A stretch of DNA of 64,000 nucleotides, from contig JAAVBC010000010.1 in NCBI GenBank assembly GCA_014803765.1, positions 26,451-90,450 on the forward strand, read 5' to 3'. Under the pieces are notes generated by a model, which did no database searches, had not been told where the DNA came from, and saw only the letters and a list, made by a program, of their open reading frames with translations. Shown piece after piece: positions 1 to 9,708 of the stretch. The stretch's first letter is position 1. Each line of letters opens with the position of its first letter. A program made the position numbers and the translations under genes. The DNA comes from Bacteroides sp. GTDB lineage: Bacteria; Bacteroidota; Bacteroidia; Bacteroidales; Muribaculaceae.

Positions 1-93
1 TTTATTTTTTTTGAAAAAAGTTGAGATTTATCCGGTATAGTTACGAAGTTCATTATATTTTTGTCAAAAATTCAACTAAATGCTACCTATAAA

Positions 94-372
94 ATGAGAA
101 AGACACCAAACGGAAAGAATGGAGCCGTCAGCGAATTATTTGAAGAGTTCATAGAAAAGCATGTCACGATAGAAGGGATTGCAGCCGATTTTGCCCAACT
201 GACGCCCTATCGTCGGCTTGCTATGCTTGAGAAATTCGCTGCCTATGTATCTCCGAAAATGAAATCAATCGAAATGGATGTCAGCCATGAAAGTGTATCG
301 CCCGATATGTTCACCCTGATGCGCCATCTCAAAGACTCCGCAAGCCAATCGGAAAGCCAATCGGAAAATTAG
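94..372 (+). CDS. Small hypothetical helical protein resembling Bacteroidetes prophage-type small proteins
   Basis: The ORF track gives 61..372, but ATG at 94 after an A-rich stretch is the likelier start. The ADFAQLTPYRRLAMLEKFAAYVSPK segment resembles a recurring Bacteroidetes small-protein motif (from memory, not searched). Confidence 0.55.
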   Translation: MRKTPNGKNGAVSELFEEFIEKHVTIEGIAADFAQLTPYRRLAMLEKFAAYVSPKMKSIEMDVSHESVSPDMFTLMRHLKDSASQSESQSEN

Positions 373-585
373 CCCGCCAACCCAACCCGGAAGGCGGACT
401 TACTTATCCCTCGAATTTTCTGCAACTGACAGCATTTACATCCTTTTCTCATCTCTTTCGCCACTCACTTCGCCACTTACTGTCAAAAACTGTTGACAAA
501 TCACAGAATTTTAATTAACTTAGCAGGAAATTTATATTTATCATAATTTTTCATTTAACTAAATAAATTCAATTTAATTGTATCC

Positions 586-3500
586 ATGAATCTCTTGAAA
601 CGAACATTAGCGGGTGCGCTTCTTGCTGCCACTGCTATGTCCGCGAGTGCAGCGACTACTTTTGTAGGCGACCGCACAGATTTTCGCGACGAAACTATCT
701 ACTTTGCAATGACCACCCGCTTCTATGACGGCGACCCCGCCAATAATGTCTGCGGATGGGATCATCAGAATGTTCAGATCGCCCATAAAGACCCCGACTG
801 GCGAGGTGACTTCAAGGGCTTGATCGACAAACTTGACTACATCAAGGCTCTCGGCTTTACTGCAGTGTGGATCACTCCCGTAGTCCAGAACTGCTCCGGC
901 ACTGACTTTCACGGCTATCACTCCATGGACTTCTCCAACGTCGATCTCCGCTATGAATCCCGCAAGGAATGGGGATGCGCCGAGGACGTGAAATTCCAGG
1001 ATCTTATCGATGCCGCTCACGCAAAGGGCATGAAGATTATTCTCGACATCGTGTTGCAGCATACTTCCAACTTCGGTGAGAAGTATTTCTGCGAGCTCTT
1101 CGAACGCGACCAGAATATCCGCAATCAGGCAAGCCCTGAGGCTTCTCTTCATCCCGTCGACATCCTCGGCGGCGAGGCTTACTGGAATCAGATCCCCGAA
1201 GCGCAGTATCAGCAGCGCTTCAAATATCTGAAGAACACCGATGGTCAGAACCACGACTCCAACAACTACTGGCATCACGTCGGCGCCGGCTGGAACTGGG
1301 ATGAACCCAACCGCTGGTGGGGTCAGATCGCAGGCGACTGCGTTGACCTCAACACTGAGAACCCGGCTGTCGTAGATTATATGGTAGAGTGCTACGGCAA
1401 CTTCATCAAGATGGGTGTCGACGGCTTCCGTATCGACACTACAGGTCATATCTCTCCGCTGACTTTCAACGCAGCTTTCATTCCGCGTTTCGAGGAGCTC
1501 GGCGAGCAGTATAAGAGCAAGCGCCTCAACCAGGCTCCTTTCTATATGTTCGGTGAGTGCTGCGCACGCTTCGGTCAGGTTATCTATCGCGGTCAGCATG
1601 TCCTCTCTTCCCACTATTACACATGGAAATCCGATCCCGCTCTCGTCAGCGAGTTCAATACTTTCACTGCCGACTGGTGGGCGAAGCAGAATGTGCCCGA
1701 AGGAGCAGCTCCTCTCGGCAACATGCTGACATGCGAGAAGGATAACGGCACTGTGCATAACTCCGATAATGTGTTCATGAAGAACGGCGCATGGCATGAA
1801 CCCGATTACTCTCAGTCTTCCGGCTTCAATGTAATCGACTTCCCGATGCACTATAACTTCAATTCCGCAGGCGACGCTATCCGCATCGCTAAGGAGGGCG
1901 ACCATTATTATAATGACGCATCTTGGAATGTGGTATATGTCGATTCTCACGACTACTGCCCCGGTCCGAACGATGGCACACGCTTCAACGGCGGCACAGC
2001 TACTTGGGCTGAGAACATGGCGCTGATGTTTACATTCCGCGGTATCCCCTGTATCTACTACGGCTCAGAGGTGGAATTCCAGAAAGGTTGCAAGGTTGAC
2101 GCAGGCGGCACTGATATGCCGGTTTCTGAATCAGGTCGCGCCTACTTCGGTCATTACCTCGAAGGCAATGTGAAAGCTACTGACTTCGGCGTATACACTG
2201 CCGACGGCAACGCTGCGAAGACTCTTAATGCCGATCTCGCTCAGCATGTACGCCGCCTCAACATGATTCGTGCGGCTGTCCCCGCTCTCCGTAAAGGTCA
2301 GTACACATTCGACGGCTGCTCCGCTAACGGCGGCTATGCCTTCAAACGCGCATGGAAAGATTCTTACGCTCTCGTGACAATCAACGGCGGCGCAACATTC
2401 ACTAATGTTCCCGCAGGCAAATACACCGACCTCGTGACCGGTAAGACCTACAACGGCGGCGGCTCAATCACTGTCGACGCTCCCAAGACTCAGGGTCAGC
2501 TCCGCGTGCTCGTGAAGGACTGGAAGGGTGGCAAAGTCGGCGAAGACGGCAAATTCATCTACTCCACTTCTGCCGTAGCTCACGGCGGCTCAGTATCCTT
2601 CACTGACCCGGGTGCTACTCAGTTCTATACTTCTGATGACGCAGTAGGCGCTCCCTCCGTGACTCTTTCTCCCAACGGCGGCTCCTTCAAGACTCCCACC
2701 CAGAATGTGACAGTCGCTCTCAGCGAGACTGCTGCTTCAGGCTGGTATAAAGTCGGCAATAACGCTCAGCAGAACCTTTCTGCAGGTCAGCAGAAGACTG
2801 TGACTATCGGCGAAGGGATGTCATTCGGTGACTCTGTCACTATCACATGGGGCGCTAAGGACTCAGCAGGCAAGGAATACACCGGCAAGGCTACCTACAA
2901 GAAGGTTGACCCGAACGCAGTGATCACTATCTACGTGACTGCACCCTCCGCTCCCAACATCTACGCTTGGGGCACCAACGATGCAGGCGCGAACGTAGAA
3001 CCCTGCGGTGCATGGCCCGGCAAAACTCCGACACTCACTACTGAAATCGACGGCAAGACATTCTATTATGTCACTGTCGACGACCTCTCCAGCGTCAACG
3101 TAATCTTCAACAACGGCGGTGCACAGACCGGTAACATCGAGGGCATCACTGAGGACGTATATTATGAGTATGACGGCGGTTCAAACGCTACAAAACTCGA
3201 TATGAATGTCACTCCCTCTGCAAGTGTTCGCTTCTCTCCCAATGGCGGCAACTTCACCGACACTCAGACAGTCACTGCGACTGCCTATAACGCTACTTCC
3301 GCATGGTATGAAATCGGCTCTACCGGCAAGAAATATTTCTCCGGCAATGTGACATTCACTATCGGCGCAAATATGGCTGATGGCGAAAGCGTGACAGTAA
3401 GCTGGGGTGCAGTCGGTAACGACGGCGCTACTAAGACCGGCAACGTCACATTCACCAAGACTGCCCCGATTGAGATCGGCAAGAACGTAGTCTACTTCGA

Positions 3501-3891
3501 CAACAATGCAAACTGGGGTCAGGTCTACATCTATTCTTGGGATAATGACGGCGCAGTTGAACACTTCGGCGCATGGCCCGGCAAAGCGTTGACCGAGACC
3601 ACTGTCGTAAACGGCAAGACTGTATATTACATCGAGATCCCCAATGCTGTTGACGCTACTCAGGTAATCTTCAACAATGGCAACGGCACTCAGACTACCG
3701 ACCTTCCCTTTAAGGCAGGCTTCATCTACAATGCTAATGGAGATATCATCAGCGGCGTGAACTCTATCTTCAACGATGAAGATGCAGAACCCGAGTATTA
3801 CACTCTCCAGGGTGTTCGCGCCTACAACCCCTCTGCCGGAATCTACATCGTCCGCAAGGGTAGCAAGACCTACAAAGCTCTCGTTCGCTAA
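586..3891 (+). CDS. Secreted GH13 alpha-amylase with two CHB_HEX_C-like Ig modules, two CBM26-like starch-binding modules and a T9SS C-terminal domain
   Basis: Signal peptide. GH13 motifs GDFKGLIDKLDYIKALGFTAVWITP, YHSMDF, GFRIDT (nucleophile D), FGEC (acid/base E) and VDSHD. Repeated SPNGG(S/N)F and GAWPGK modules. C-terminus EYYTLQGVR...GIYIVRKGSKTYKALVR is typical of a T9SS CTD. Confidence 0.9.
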   Translation: MNLLKRTLAGALLAATAMSASAATTFVGDRTDFRDETIYFAMTTRFYDGDPANNVCGWDHQNVQIAHKDPDWRGDFKGLIDKLDYIKALGFTAVWITPVVQNCSGTDFHGYHSMDFSNVDLRYESRKEWGCAEDVKFQDLIDAAHAKGMKIILDIVLQHTSNFGEKYFCELFERDQNIRNQASPEASLHPVDILGGEAYWNQIPEAQYQQRFKYLKNTDGQNHDSNNYWHHVGAGWNWDEPNRWWGQIAGDCVDLNTENPAVVDYMVECYGNFIKMGVDGFRIDTTGHISPLTFNAAFIPRFEELGEQYKSKRLNQAPFYMFGECCARFGQVIYRGQHVLSSHYYTWKSDPALVSEFNTFTADWWAKQNVPEGAAPLGNMLTCEKDNGTVHNSDNVFMKNGAWHEPDYSQSSGFNVIDFPMHYNFNSAGDAIRIAKEGDHYYNDASWNVVYVDSHDYCPGPNDGTRFNGGTATWAENMALMFTFRGIPCIYYGSEVEFQKGCKVDAGGTDMPVSESGRAYFGHYLEGNVKATDFGVYTADGNAAKTLNADLAQHVRRLNMIRAAVPALRKGQYTFDGCSANGGYAFKRAWKDSYALVTINGGATFTNVPAGKYTDLVTGKTYNGGGSITVDAPKTQGQLRVLVKDWKGGKVGEDGKFIYSTSAVAHGGSVSFTDPGATQFYTSDDAVGAPSVTLSPNGGSFKTPTQNVTVALSETAASGWYKVGNNAQQNLSAGQQKTVTIGEGMSFGDSVTITWGAKDSAGKEYTGKATYKKVDPNAVITIYVTAPSAPNIYAWGTNDAGANVEPCGAWPGKTPTLTTEIDGKTFYYVTVDDLSSVNVIFNNGGAQTGNIEGITEDVYYEYDGGSNATKLDMNVTPSASVRFSPNGGNFTDTQTVTATAYNATSAWYEIGSTGKKYFSGNVTFTIGANMADGESVTVSWGAVGNDGATKTGNVTFTKTAPIEIGKNVVYFDNNANWGQVYIYSWDNDGAVEHFGAWPGKALTETTVVNGKTVYYIEIPNAVDATQVIFNNGNGTQTTDLPFKAGFIYNANGDIISGVNSIFNDEDAEPEYYTLQGVRAYNPSAGIYIVRKGSKTYKALVR

Positions 3892-3919
3892 TTGATGGCG
3901 GAAAGCCAAAACCTATAGC

Positions 3920-3959
3920 AATATCCCCGACGCAATCCCGCGCCGGGGATATTTTTTTT
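3920..3959 (+). terminator. Rho-independent terminator after the amylase
   Basis: AATATCCCCG...CGGGGATATT hairpin followed by a T tract. Confidence 0.85.
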
Positions 3960-4050
3960 GAGTCTGATTAAACAAATTTCACATTTTAGTGTCTATAATA
4001 TAAATTTTATTAAATATTTAGACTTATTAAATAAGTAATGCCGCTCACGC

Positions 4051-5442
4051 ATGAATAAAAATTTCTTTTTATCTCCCCGCATCTATGCCGGAATTTTATT
4101 CCTATCCCCGTTGATAGCTGCAGGAGAAGATATTCCCATTGCCATAAATGAGAAATTTACGGCTGCCGATATAACTATGCCCCCGGCACAGGAACTCCCC
4201 TCCGAATGGAGTTTCTCCGATTGCATCGACTGGGCAGCCGCCAATACGACCTCCATCCGCCGCAATATGCTCGATATTCTTCAGGCAGAACAGGATGTAC
4301 TCTCCGCTAAGGATGGGTGGCTCCCGAGCGTAGGTTTCAATACCCGCCAGAGCTATACAAACTTCCCCTCCGCCTATGAAGGACAGAACGGCAACACCTA
4401 TGGAAGCACTTACGGCATATCCGCCGACTGGACCGTCTGGGACGGCAATCTCAGAAAATATAAGATTGAGTCTTCAAAACTCCTCCTTTCGCAGAAATAT
4501 CTCGCTGAGGAGGATCAGCTGAAGACACTTAAGTTGGGTATCTTAGAGGCATATATGAATATACTCTATGCCCGGGAAGCAGTGGAAATAGCAGAGCAGA
4601 CCCTTGAAGTCAGCGATGCGCAGACAAAAAGAGCTTACGCACTGATGGAATCCGGACGCACTTCCAAAGTGGACTATGCCCAGATCGAGAGCCAACGTGC
4701 CCAGGATGAGTATAATCTCGTGCAGGCGAACAACAACCTTGCCAACGCATGCCTCTCCCTGAAAAAGATTCTGGAACTCGGACTGACCACTGAAATGACC
4801 GTCAAGGAAGTGAAATTTCCGGATTCGGAAGTAAATGCTCCCTTACCCGATAAGAATGCCGTCTATTCCTCCGCCATCGCATGGCTCCCCCAATTCCGAA
4901 GCAATGAATTGAGCAAGGAGATTTACGCCAATGACATCAAGGCGGCTAAAAGCACCCGACTCCCTCAGATATCCCTCTCCGGCGGCGTTTCTACCGGTTA
5001 TACTTCCGGCGGACCGGGATGGGGTTCTCAGATGGGGCACAACTTCAATGAGAATATCGGGCTGAATCTGAATATCCCCATCTTCGATGCCAATTCCGCT
5101 AAACGAGCGGAGGCGAAAGCACGCCTTTCCTCACTTGACTATGATCTTACACTGAAATCTCTCAGCGACGATCTTTCAAATACTCTGGAAAGTCTCTATA
5201 TCGATTCATCCAATGCTCGCGCAGGATATCAGGCAGGTCTTTCCAGACTTGAAGCTGCATCACTCACCAATGACCTGACCTCCCGCCAGTTCGAGTTAGG
5301 TCTTGTTAATCCTCTGGAGTTACTGACTGCCCACAACAATCTTCTCACGGCACGCCTTGAGCTTCTTCAGAGCAAATATATGTCTATACTTGCCTCGAAG
5401 ACTATAAATTTCTATCTTACAGGCAATGTGACGCTCCCCTGA
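4051..5442 (+). CDS. TolC-family outer membrane efflux protein
   Basis: Two OEP-type repeats (WLPSVGF, RLPQISL) and C-terminal RQFELGLVNPLELLTAHNNL. First gene of the efflux operon. Confidence 0.9.
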   Translation: MNKNFFLSPRIYAGILFLSPLIAAGEDIPIAINEKFTAADITMPPAQELPSEWSFSDCIDWAAANTTSIRRNMLDILQAEQDVLSAKDGWLPSVGFNTRQSYTNFPSAYEGQNGNTYGSTYGISADWTVWDGNLRKYKIESSKLLLSQKYLAEEDQLKTLKLGILEAYMNILYAREAVEIAEQTLEVSDAQTKRAYALMESGRTSKVDYAQIESQRAQDEYNLVQANNNLANACLSLKKILELGLTTEMTVKEVKFPDSEVNAPLPDKNAVYSSAIAWLPQFRSNELSKEIYANDIKAAKSTRLPQISLSGGVSTGYTSGGPGWGSQMGHNFNENIGLNLNIPIFDANSAKRAEAKARLSSLDYDLTLKSLSDDLSNTLESLYIDSSNARAGYQAGLSRLEAASLTNDLTSRQFELGLVNPLELLTAHNNLLTARLELLQSKYMSILASKTINFYLTGNVTLP

Positions 5443-5497
5443 GATGCAAAATATAACAGAATCCCCCTTATTTAAATCAAATATTCATAAGCAAAGA

Positions 5498-6682
5498 ATG
5501 AGACACTACATAACGTCCGCATGCGCTTCGGCAGCGCTGATCTTCTCGCTCGCTTCATGCTCGGATAAAGGAGCCATGCAAGTGGAGACCTACACCGTCA
5601 GCGAGACCTCTATGTCTGAAATAGTGACCGCGACCGGCACTATGGAATCCGTCACTTCCGTCGATGTCGGCACACAAGTGACCGGCATAGTCTCCCAACT
5701 GTTAGTTGACTTCAACGACATTGTAAAGAAAGGGGAACTAATTGCCGAAATTGACAAGACTCTGCTCAGCGCCGAAGTCGAAAGCGCCAACGCCTCTCTG
5801 GCAAGCGCCAAAGCTCAGTTCGAATATGCTCAACAGAATTATAACCGTGATCTTGCACTGCATAAGGAGAAACTGATCTCGGATTATGAATTCCAGACCA
5901 CGCTTAAGGATTATCAAGTGGCGAAGATGAATTATGAGAAGACGCAGGCTGATCGTGTGCGTGCCGCCACTAATCTCGGTTATGCTGAAATCTATTCTCC
6001 AATCGACGGAATTGTCGTATCGCGCGAGGTAGAGGTTGGTCAGACTGTCGTATCAAGTATGAATGTGGCGAATCTGTATGTAATAGCCGATCTTGACCAC
6101 ATGCAGGTTGTCGGCAATGTCGATGAAGCTGATATAGGTCAGGTTAAAGTGGGGCAGCATGTCACATTTACAGTAGACTCATATCCCGATGACACTTTCA
6201 CGGGGACTGTCACCCAAGTGCGTATCTCCCCGACGACGACCAACAATGTAGTCACTTACGAAGTCATCGTCAGCACTGAGAATCCCGACCATAAACTTCT
6301 CCCCGGCATGACCGCGAACCTGTCGATCTATACTCTCGAACTCGACAATATACTTGCAGTTCCCCTCAAAGCGATGAAGTTCAATCCGGAATTCGCTCAG
6401 GGTGAGGATATGAAGGATATGCCTAAGTTAGTGCCTCTCGACAGTGTCTGCAAAAATTCCGTATGGGTGCTTAAGGAAAATAATCAGCTTGTGCAGACTC
6501 CCGTGGAAGTCGGCATGTCAAACAGTGTATATCAGCAGATCACCGGAGGACTCAAGCCGGGCGACAAAGTGGCAATCCAGATTTCAGAAGCATCTGATGA
6601 AGGGAATCCGCAAGGAGCCAAGAAAGAAGAAAACCCCTTCATGCCCAAACCGCCGGGACAACGTAACAAGACTAAGAAATAA
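5498..6682 (+). CDS. MacA-like periplasmic adaptor (membrane fusion) lipoprotein
   Basis: VTATGTME..VDVGTQVTG, IYSPIDGIVVSR, VDEADIGQVKVGQ and LLPGMTA motifs. Lipobox LASC with the start at 5498 (ORF track starts at 5444). Confidence 0.9.
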   Translation: MRHYITSACASAALIFSLASCSDKGAMQVETYTVSETSMSEIVTATGTMESVTSVDVGTQVTGIVSQLLVDFNDIVKKGELIAEIDKTLLSAEVESANASLASAKAQFEYAQQNYNRDLALHKEKLISDYEFQTTLKDYQVAKMNYEKTQADRVRAATNLGYAEIYSPIDGIVVSREVEVGQTVVSSMNVANLYVIADLDHMQVVGNVDEADIGQVKVGQHVTFTVDSYPDDTFTGTVTQVRISPTTTNNVVTYEVIVSTENPDHKLLPGMTANLSIYTLELDNILAVPLKAMKFNPEFAQGEDMKDMPKLVPLDSVCKNSVWVLKENNQLVQTPVEVGMSNSVYQQITGGLKPGDKVAIQISEASDEGNPQGAKKEENPFMPKPPGQRNKTKK

Positions 6683-6696
6683 GCCCTTCCTCCGCC

Positions 6697-7440
6697 ATGT
6701 CAAAAGAAATTATCAAGATAGAGAATCTCAAACGCTACTTCAAGGTCGGAGATGAAACCGTGAAAGCATTGCGCGGCGTCTCATTCACAATCCATGAGGG
6801 AGAGTTTGTCACTATAATGGGCACATCCGGCTCCGGCAAATCCACTCTCCTCAACACTCTGGGATGTCTTGACACTCCGACCTCGGGTGAATATTATCTC
6901 GACGGGATTGCCGTGAAGGGAATGGGTAAGAACGAACGCGCCCGCATACGCAATCGCAAGATTGGCTTCATATTCCAGAATTATAATCTGCTGCCGAAGA
7001 CTACGGCGCTGGAGAATGTAGAACTCCCACTGCTATATAATTCCTCCGTCTCTTCAAAGGAGAGGCAGGAGAGGGCAGAGAAATGCCTTCGGGAAGTCGG
7101 ACTGGGTGAAAGAATCTATCATAAGAGCAATCAGATGTCGGGTGGACAGCAACAGCGTGTAGCGATTGCACGAGCGCTGGTCAACAATCCCGTCATCATC
7201 CTCGCCGATGAGGCTACGGGCAATCTTGACACGCGCACTTCCTTCTCCATTCTCACCCTCTTCCAGCGACTCCACCGGGAAGGGAAGACTATAATCTTCG
7301 TCACCCATAATCCCGATATCGCCCTCTATTCCTCACGCAATATCACTCTGCGCGACGGCAGAATAGTCAGCGATGAATATAATCATGATATCCAATCAGC
7401 CGAGGAGGTGTATCGCAGTCTCCCCGTCGACATAGAATAA
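6697..7440 (+). CDS. MacB-like ABC transporter ATP-binding subunit
   Basis: Walker A GTSGSGKS, signature MSGGQQQRVAIARAL, ILADEATGNLD. Confidence 0.95.
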   Translation: MSKEIIKIENLKRYFKVGDETVKALRGVSFTIHEGEFVTIMGTSGSGKSTLLNTLGCLDTPTSGEYYLDGIAVKGMGKNERARIRNRKIGFIFQNYNLLPKTTALENVELPLLYNSSVSSKERQERAEKCLREVGLGERIYHKSNQMSGGQQQRVAIARALVNNPVIILADEATGNLDTRTSFSILTLFQRLHREGKTIIFVTHNPDIALYSSRNITLRDGRIVSDEYNHDIQSAEEVYRSLPVDIE

Positions 7441-7452
7441 AATTTTTGAGAA

Positions 7453-8673
7453 GTGAACATACAGAATCTTTTTAAAATAGCCATAAAGGCGCTAAGCAAC
7501 AATAAGATGCGTTGCTTCCTGACGATGCTCGGCGTCATTATCGGAGTTGGAGCCGTCATTGCAATGCTCGCCATTGGTCAGGGTTCGAAGAATTCGATTC
7601 AGTCTACAATCTCCGAGATGGGCAGCAATATGATTATGATTTTCCCGGGAGCTGAAAGACGCGGAGGGGTCAGACAGAGCAGCGATGATATGCAGACACT
7701 CAAACCGGAAGATTATCAGGCAATCATAAATCAAGCATCAGGAATAGCGTATAGCACTCCGACGGTCAATACCTCCGGACAATGGATTAACGGCAATAAC
7801 AACTATCCCTCGCAGGCGCAGGGGGTCAATCCACAGTATCTCGATATTTCCCAGCGCAGTGTAGAGAATGGCGAAATGTTTACGGAAGCTGATGTCAAGA
7901 CAGCCGCCAAGGTCTGCGTTATCGGCAAGACCCTCGCCGACAATCTTTTTCCGGACGGGACGGATCCTGTAGGGAAAGTTGTCAGATTCGGCTCCATCCC
8001 CCTTACTGTAATAGGAGTCCTGAAAGAGAAAGGATATAACACGATGGGGCAGGATCAGGATGATCTTGCTCTGGTCCCTTACACGACTGTCATGAAGCGT
8101 ATGCTCGCAGTCGATTATCTTCAGGGCATCACGGTGTCGGCTCAGAATGAAGATCAGACAGAGATGGTGATTAGCGAACTTAGCGATATTCTGCGCACTC
8201 AGCATAATCTCAGAGATGGAGAGGCAGATAATTTCAACATCCGCTCCATGAAGGAACTTTCGGAGATGATTTCTTCTACGAGTTCCATGATGACAGTGCT
8301 TCTCGCAGCTGTGGCGGGAATTTCTCTGCTTGTCGGAGGCATCGGAATCATGAACATCATGATTGTGAGTGTGACAGAACGCACACGTGAGATCGGACTG
8401 AGAATGAGTATCGGGGCTACGGGACGCGACATTATGACGCAATTTCTTATTGAGGCTGTCATAATCTCCGTGACGGGGGGCATATTAGGGATATTATTGG
8501 GGGCAGCGGCTACGGCAGTGATTAAATTCGTCCTGCACTGGCCCGTGCAGATCGATCCCTCTTCAGTAATACTCTCCTTTGCAGTCTGCACAATAATCGG
8601 GGTAATCTTCGGATTCTATCCCGCTGCCAAGGCTTCCAACCTTGATCCTATCGAAGCGATCCGCTACGAATAA
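7453..8673 (+). CDS. MacB/FtsX-family ABC permease
   Basis: LTMLGVIIGV...GGIGIMNIMIVSVTERTREIGLR...PIEAIRYE pattern. Confidence 0.95.
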   Translation: MNIQNLFKIAIKALSNNKMRCFLTMLGVIIGVGAVIAMLAIGQGSKNSIQSTISEMGSNMIMIFPGAERRGGVRQSSDDMQTLKPEDYQAIINQASGIAYSTPTVNTSGQWINGNNNYPSQAQGVNPQYLDISQRSVENGEMFTEADVKTAAKVCVIGKTLADNLFPDGTDPVGKVVRFGSIPLTVIGVLKEKGYNTMGQDQDDLALVPYTTVMKRMLAVDYLQGITVSAQNEDQTEMVISELSDILRTQHNLRDGEADNFNIRSMKELSEMISSTSSMMTVLLAAVAGISLLVGGIGIMNIMIVSVTERTREIGLRMSIGATGRDIMTQFLIEAVIISVTGGILGILLGAAATAVIKFVLHWPVQIDPSSVILSFAVCTIIGVIFGFYPAAKASNLDPIEAIRYE

Positions 8674-8706
8674 TCTCAACGTATTTACGAATAATCTCAA
8701 CGTATT
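8665..8706. repeat. Exact 21-bp tandem duplication at a convergent gene junction
   Basis: TACGAATAATCTCAACGTATT occurs at 8665-8685 and 8686-8706. Confidence 0.95.
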
Positions 8707-9701
8707 GTAAAGAGACGGCGTGTAGCCTCCTCGGCTGAGTTAACACCTCCCGAGGAGGCTTTGTCATACCAGTAGTCTGCTACAAACGCTTCCGGAGGAA
8801 GAATCCTATGTCCCGGCAAATCTTCTAATCCATCGGGAAATATCTCAAGTAATTCCCCGATTACGAAGGCAGCGGAGGGGTCGCCTTCGATGGCAGCCAG
8901 AAGATAATAGCCCAATGATTGTTCATGATTGTAAGCTACACCCATAGCGCGGGTGTAGGCATCGCCGAGTATCGCCAGACTTTTTCCGCGGATTACTCCC
9001 TCCTCAGCCTCATCGCTGAGCCTGCAGAATATCGGAAGAGCAACATCCGGGACTCTGTGGGTGTAGAGATATATCCCTTTTTCATATTGAACAGAATCGG
9101 GGAGTGTCGCCCATTTCCGCTCCATCATGTCGGCAAGTTTATAGCCTGCATCTGATAATCCGGCATCAAGCGCTGCAGTGTATAGCGCCTCCGCCTGAAG
9201 GGAATCGCGTGCCACTCCGTGTCCATCGCGGAAGAGATCTCCCAACATGGATGTGGCAGTCGCCACTCCCCCTGCCGAGGCTCTCTCCAGCCAATAAGCT
9301 GCTTTCTCCGGCTCATTCTTCACCAGAGGCGAGTTCAGCAGAAGATACCCTAAGTTACCCTGAGCCTTCGGATCTCCTGCCATAGCTGCCGCCTCTATCC
9401 ATTTAAGTCCGTCGGCATCCCCTTCCTGAATAAGATTATACCCAAGAAGATTCTGAGCTTTCAGCGAGCCTGCCTCCGCACTTTCCCTCAGTAGCTGAGC
9501 CGCACGTACGGAATCACGCGCAATTGAATCGAATCCATGATCATATTTCAAGGATTCGATGTAAAGCGAATCGGCATAAGCTCTGTCCCTCTCAAGCACA
9601 CCCTCAGCAGTCGGCACCGGGGAAGAGGAGGAATGAGCGGATACACTTAAAAGAACTGCCGCTCCAATGGAGAGTATGGGAAGGAGAAAAAGGCTACGCA
9701 T
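8697..9701 (-). CDS. Sel1-like repeat protein with signal peptide
   Basis: Repeated A..G...A...LG..Y..G.GV..D...A..W motifs. Confidence 0.85.
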   Translation of the reverse strand: MRSLFLLPILSIGAAVLLSVSAHSSSSPVPTAEGVLERDRAYADSLYIESLKYDHGFDSIARDSVRAAQLLRESAEAGSLKAQNLLGYNLIQEGDADGLKWIEAAAMAGDPKAQGNLGYLLLNSPLVKNEPEKAAYWLERASAGGVATATSMLGDLFRDGHGVARDSLQAEALYTAALDAGLSDAGYKLADMMERKWATLPDSVQYEKGIYLYTHRVPDVALPIFCRLSDEAEEGVIRGKSLAILGDAYTRAMGVAYNHEQSLGYYLLAAIEGDPSAAFVIGELLEIFPDGLEDLPGHRILPPEAFVADYWYDKASSGGVNSAEEATRRLFTIR

Positions 9702-9708
9702 AGGGTTG

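Noticed and set aside
607-3909. Long antisense ORFs (607..1950, 3181..3909; also 9667..10422, 40490..41680, 61816..62427 and others)
   Set aside because: These are shadow frames opposite well-supported, codon-biased genes.
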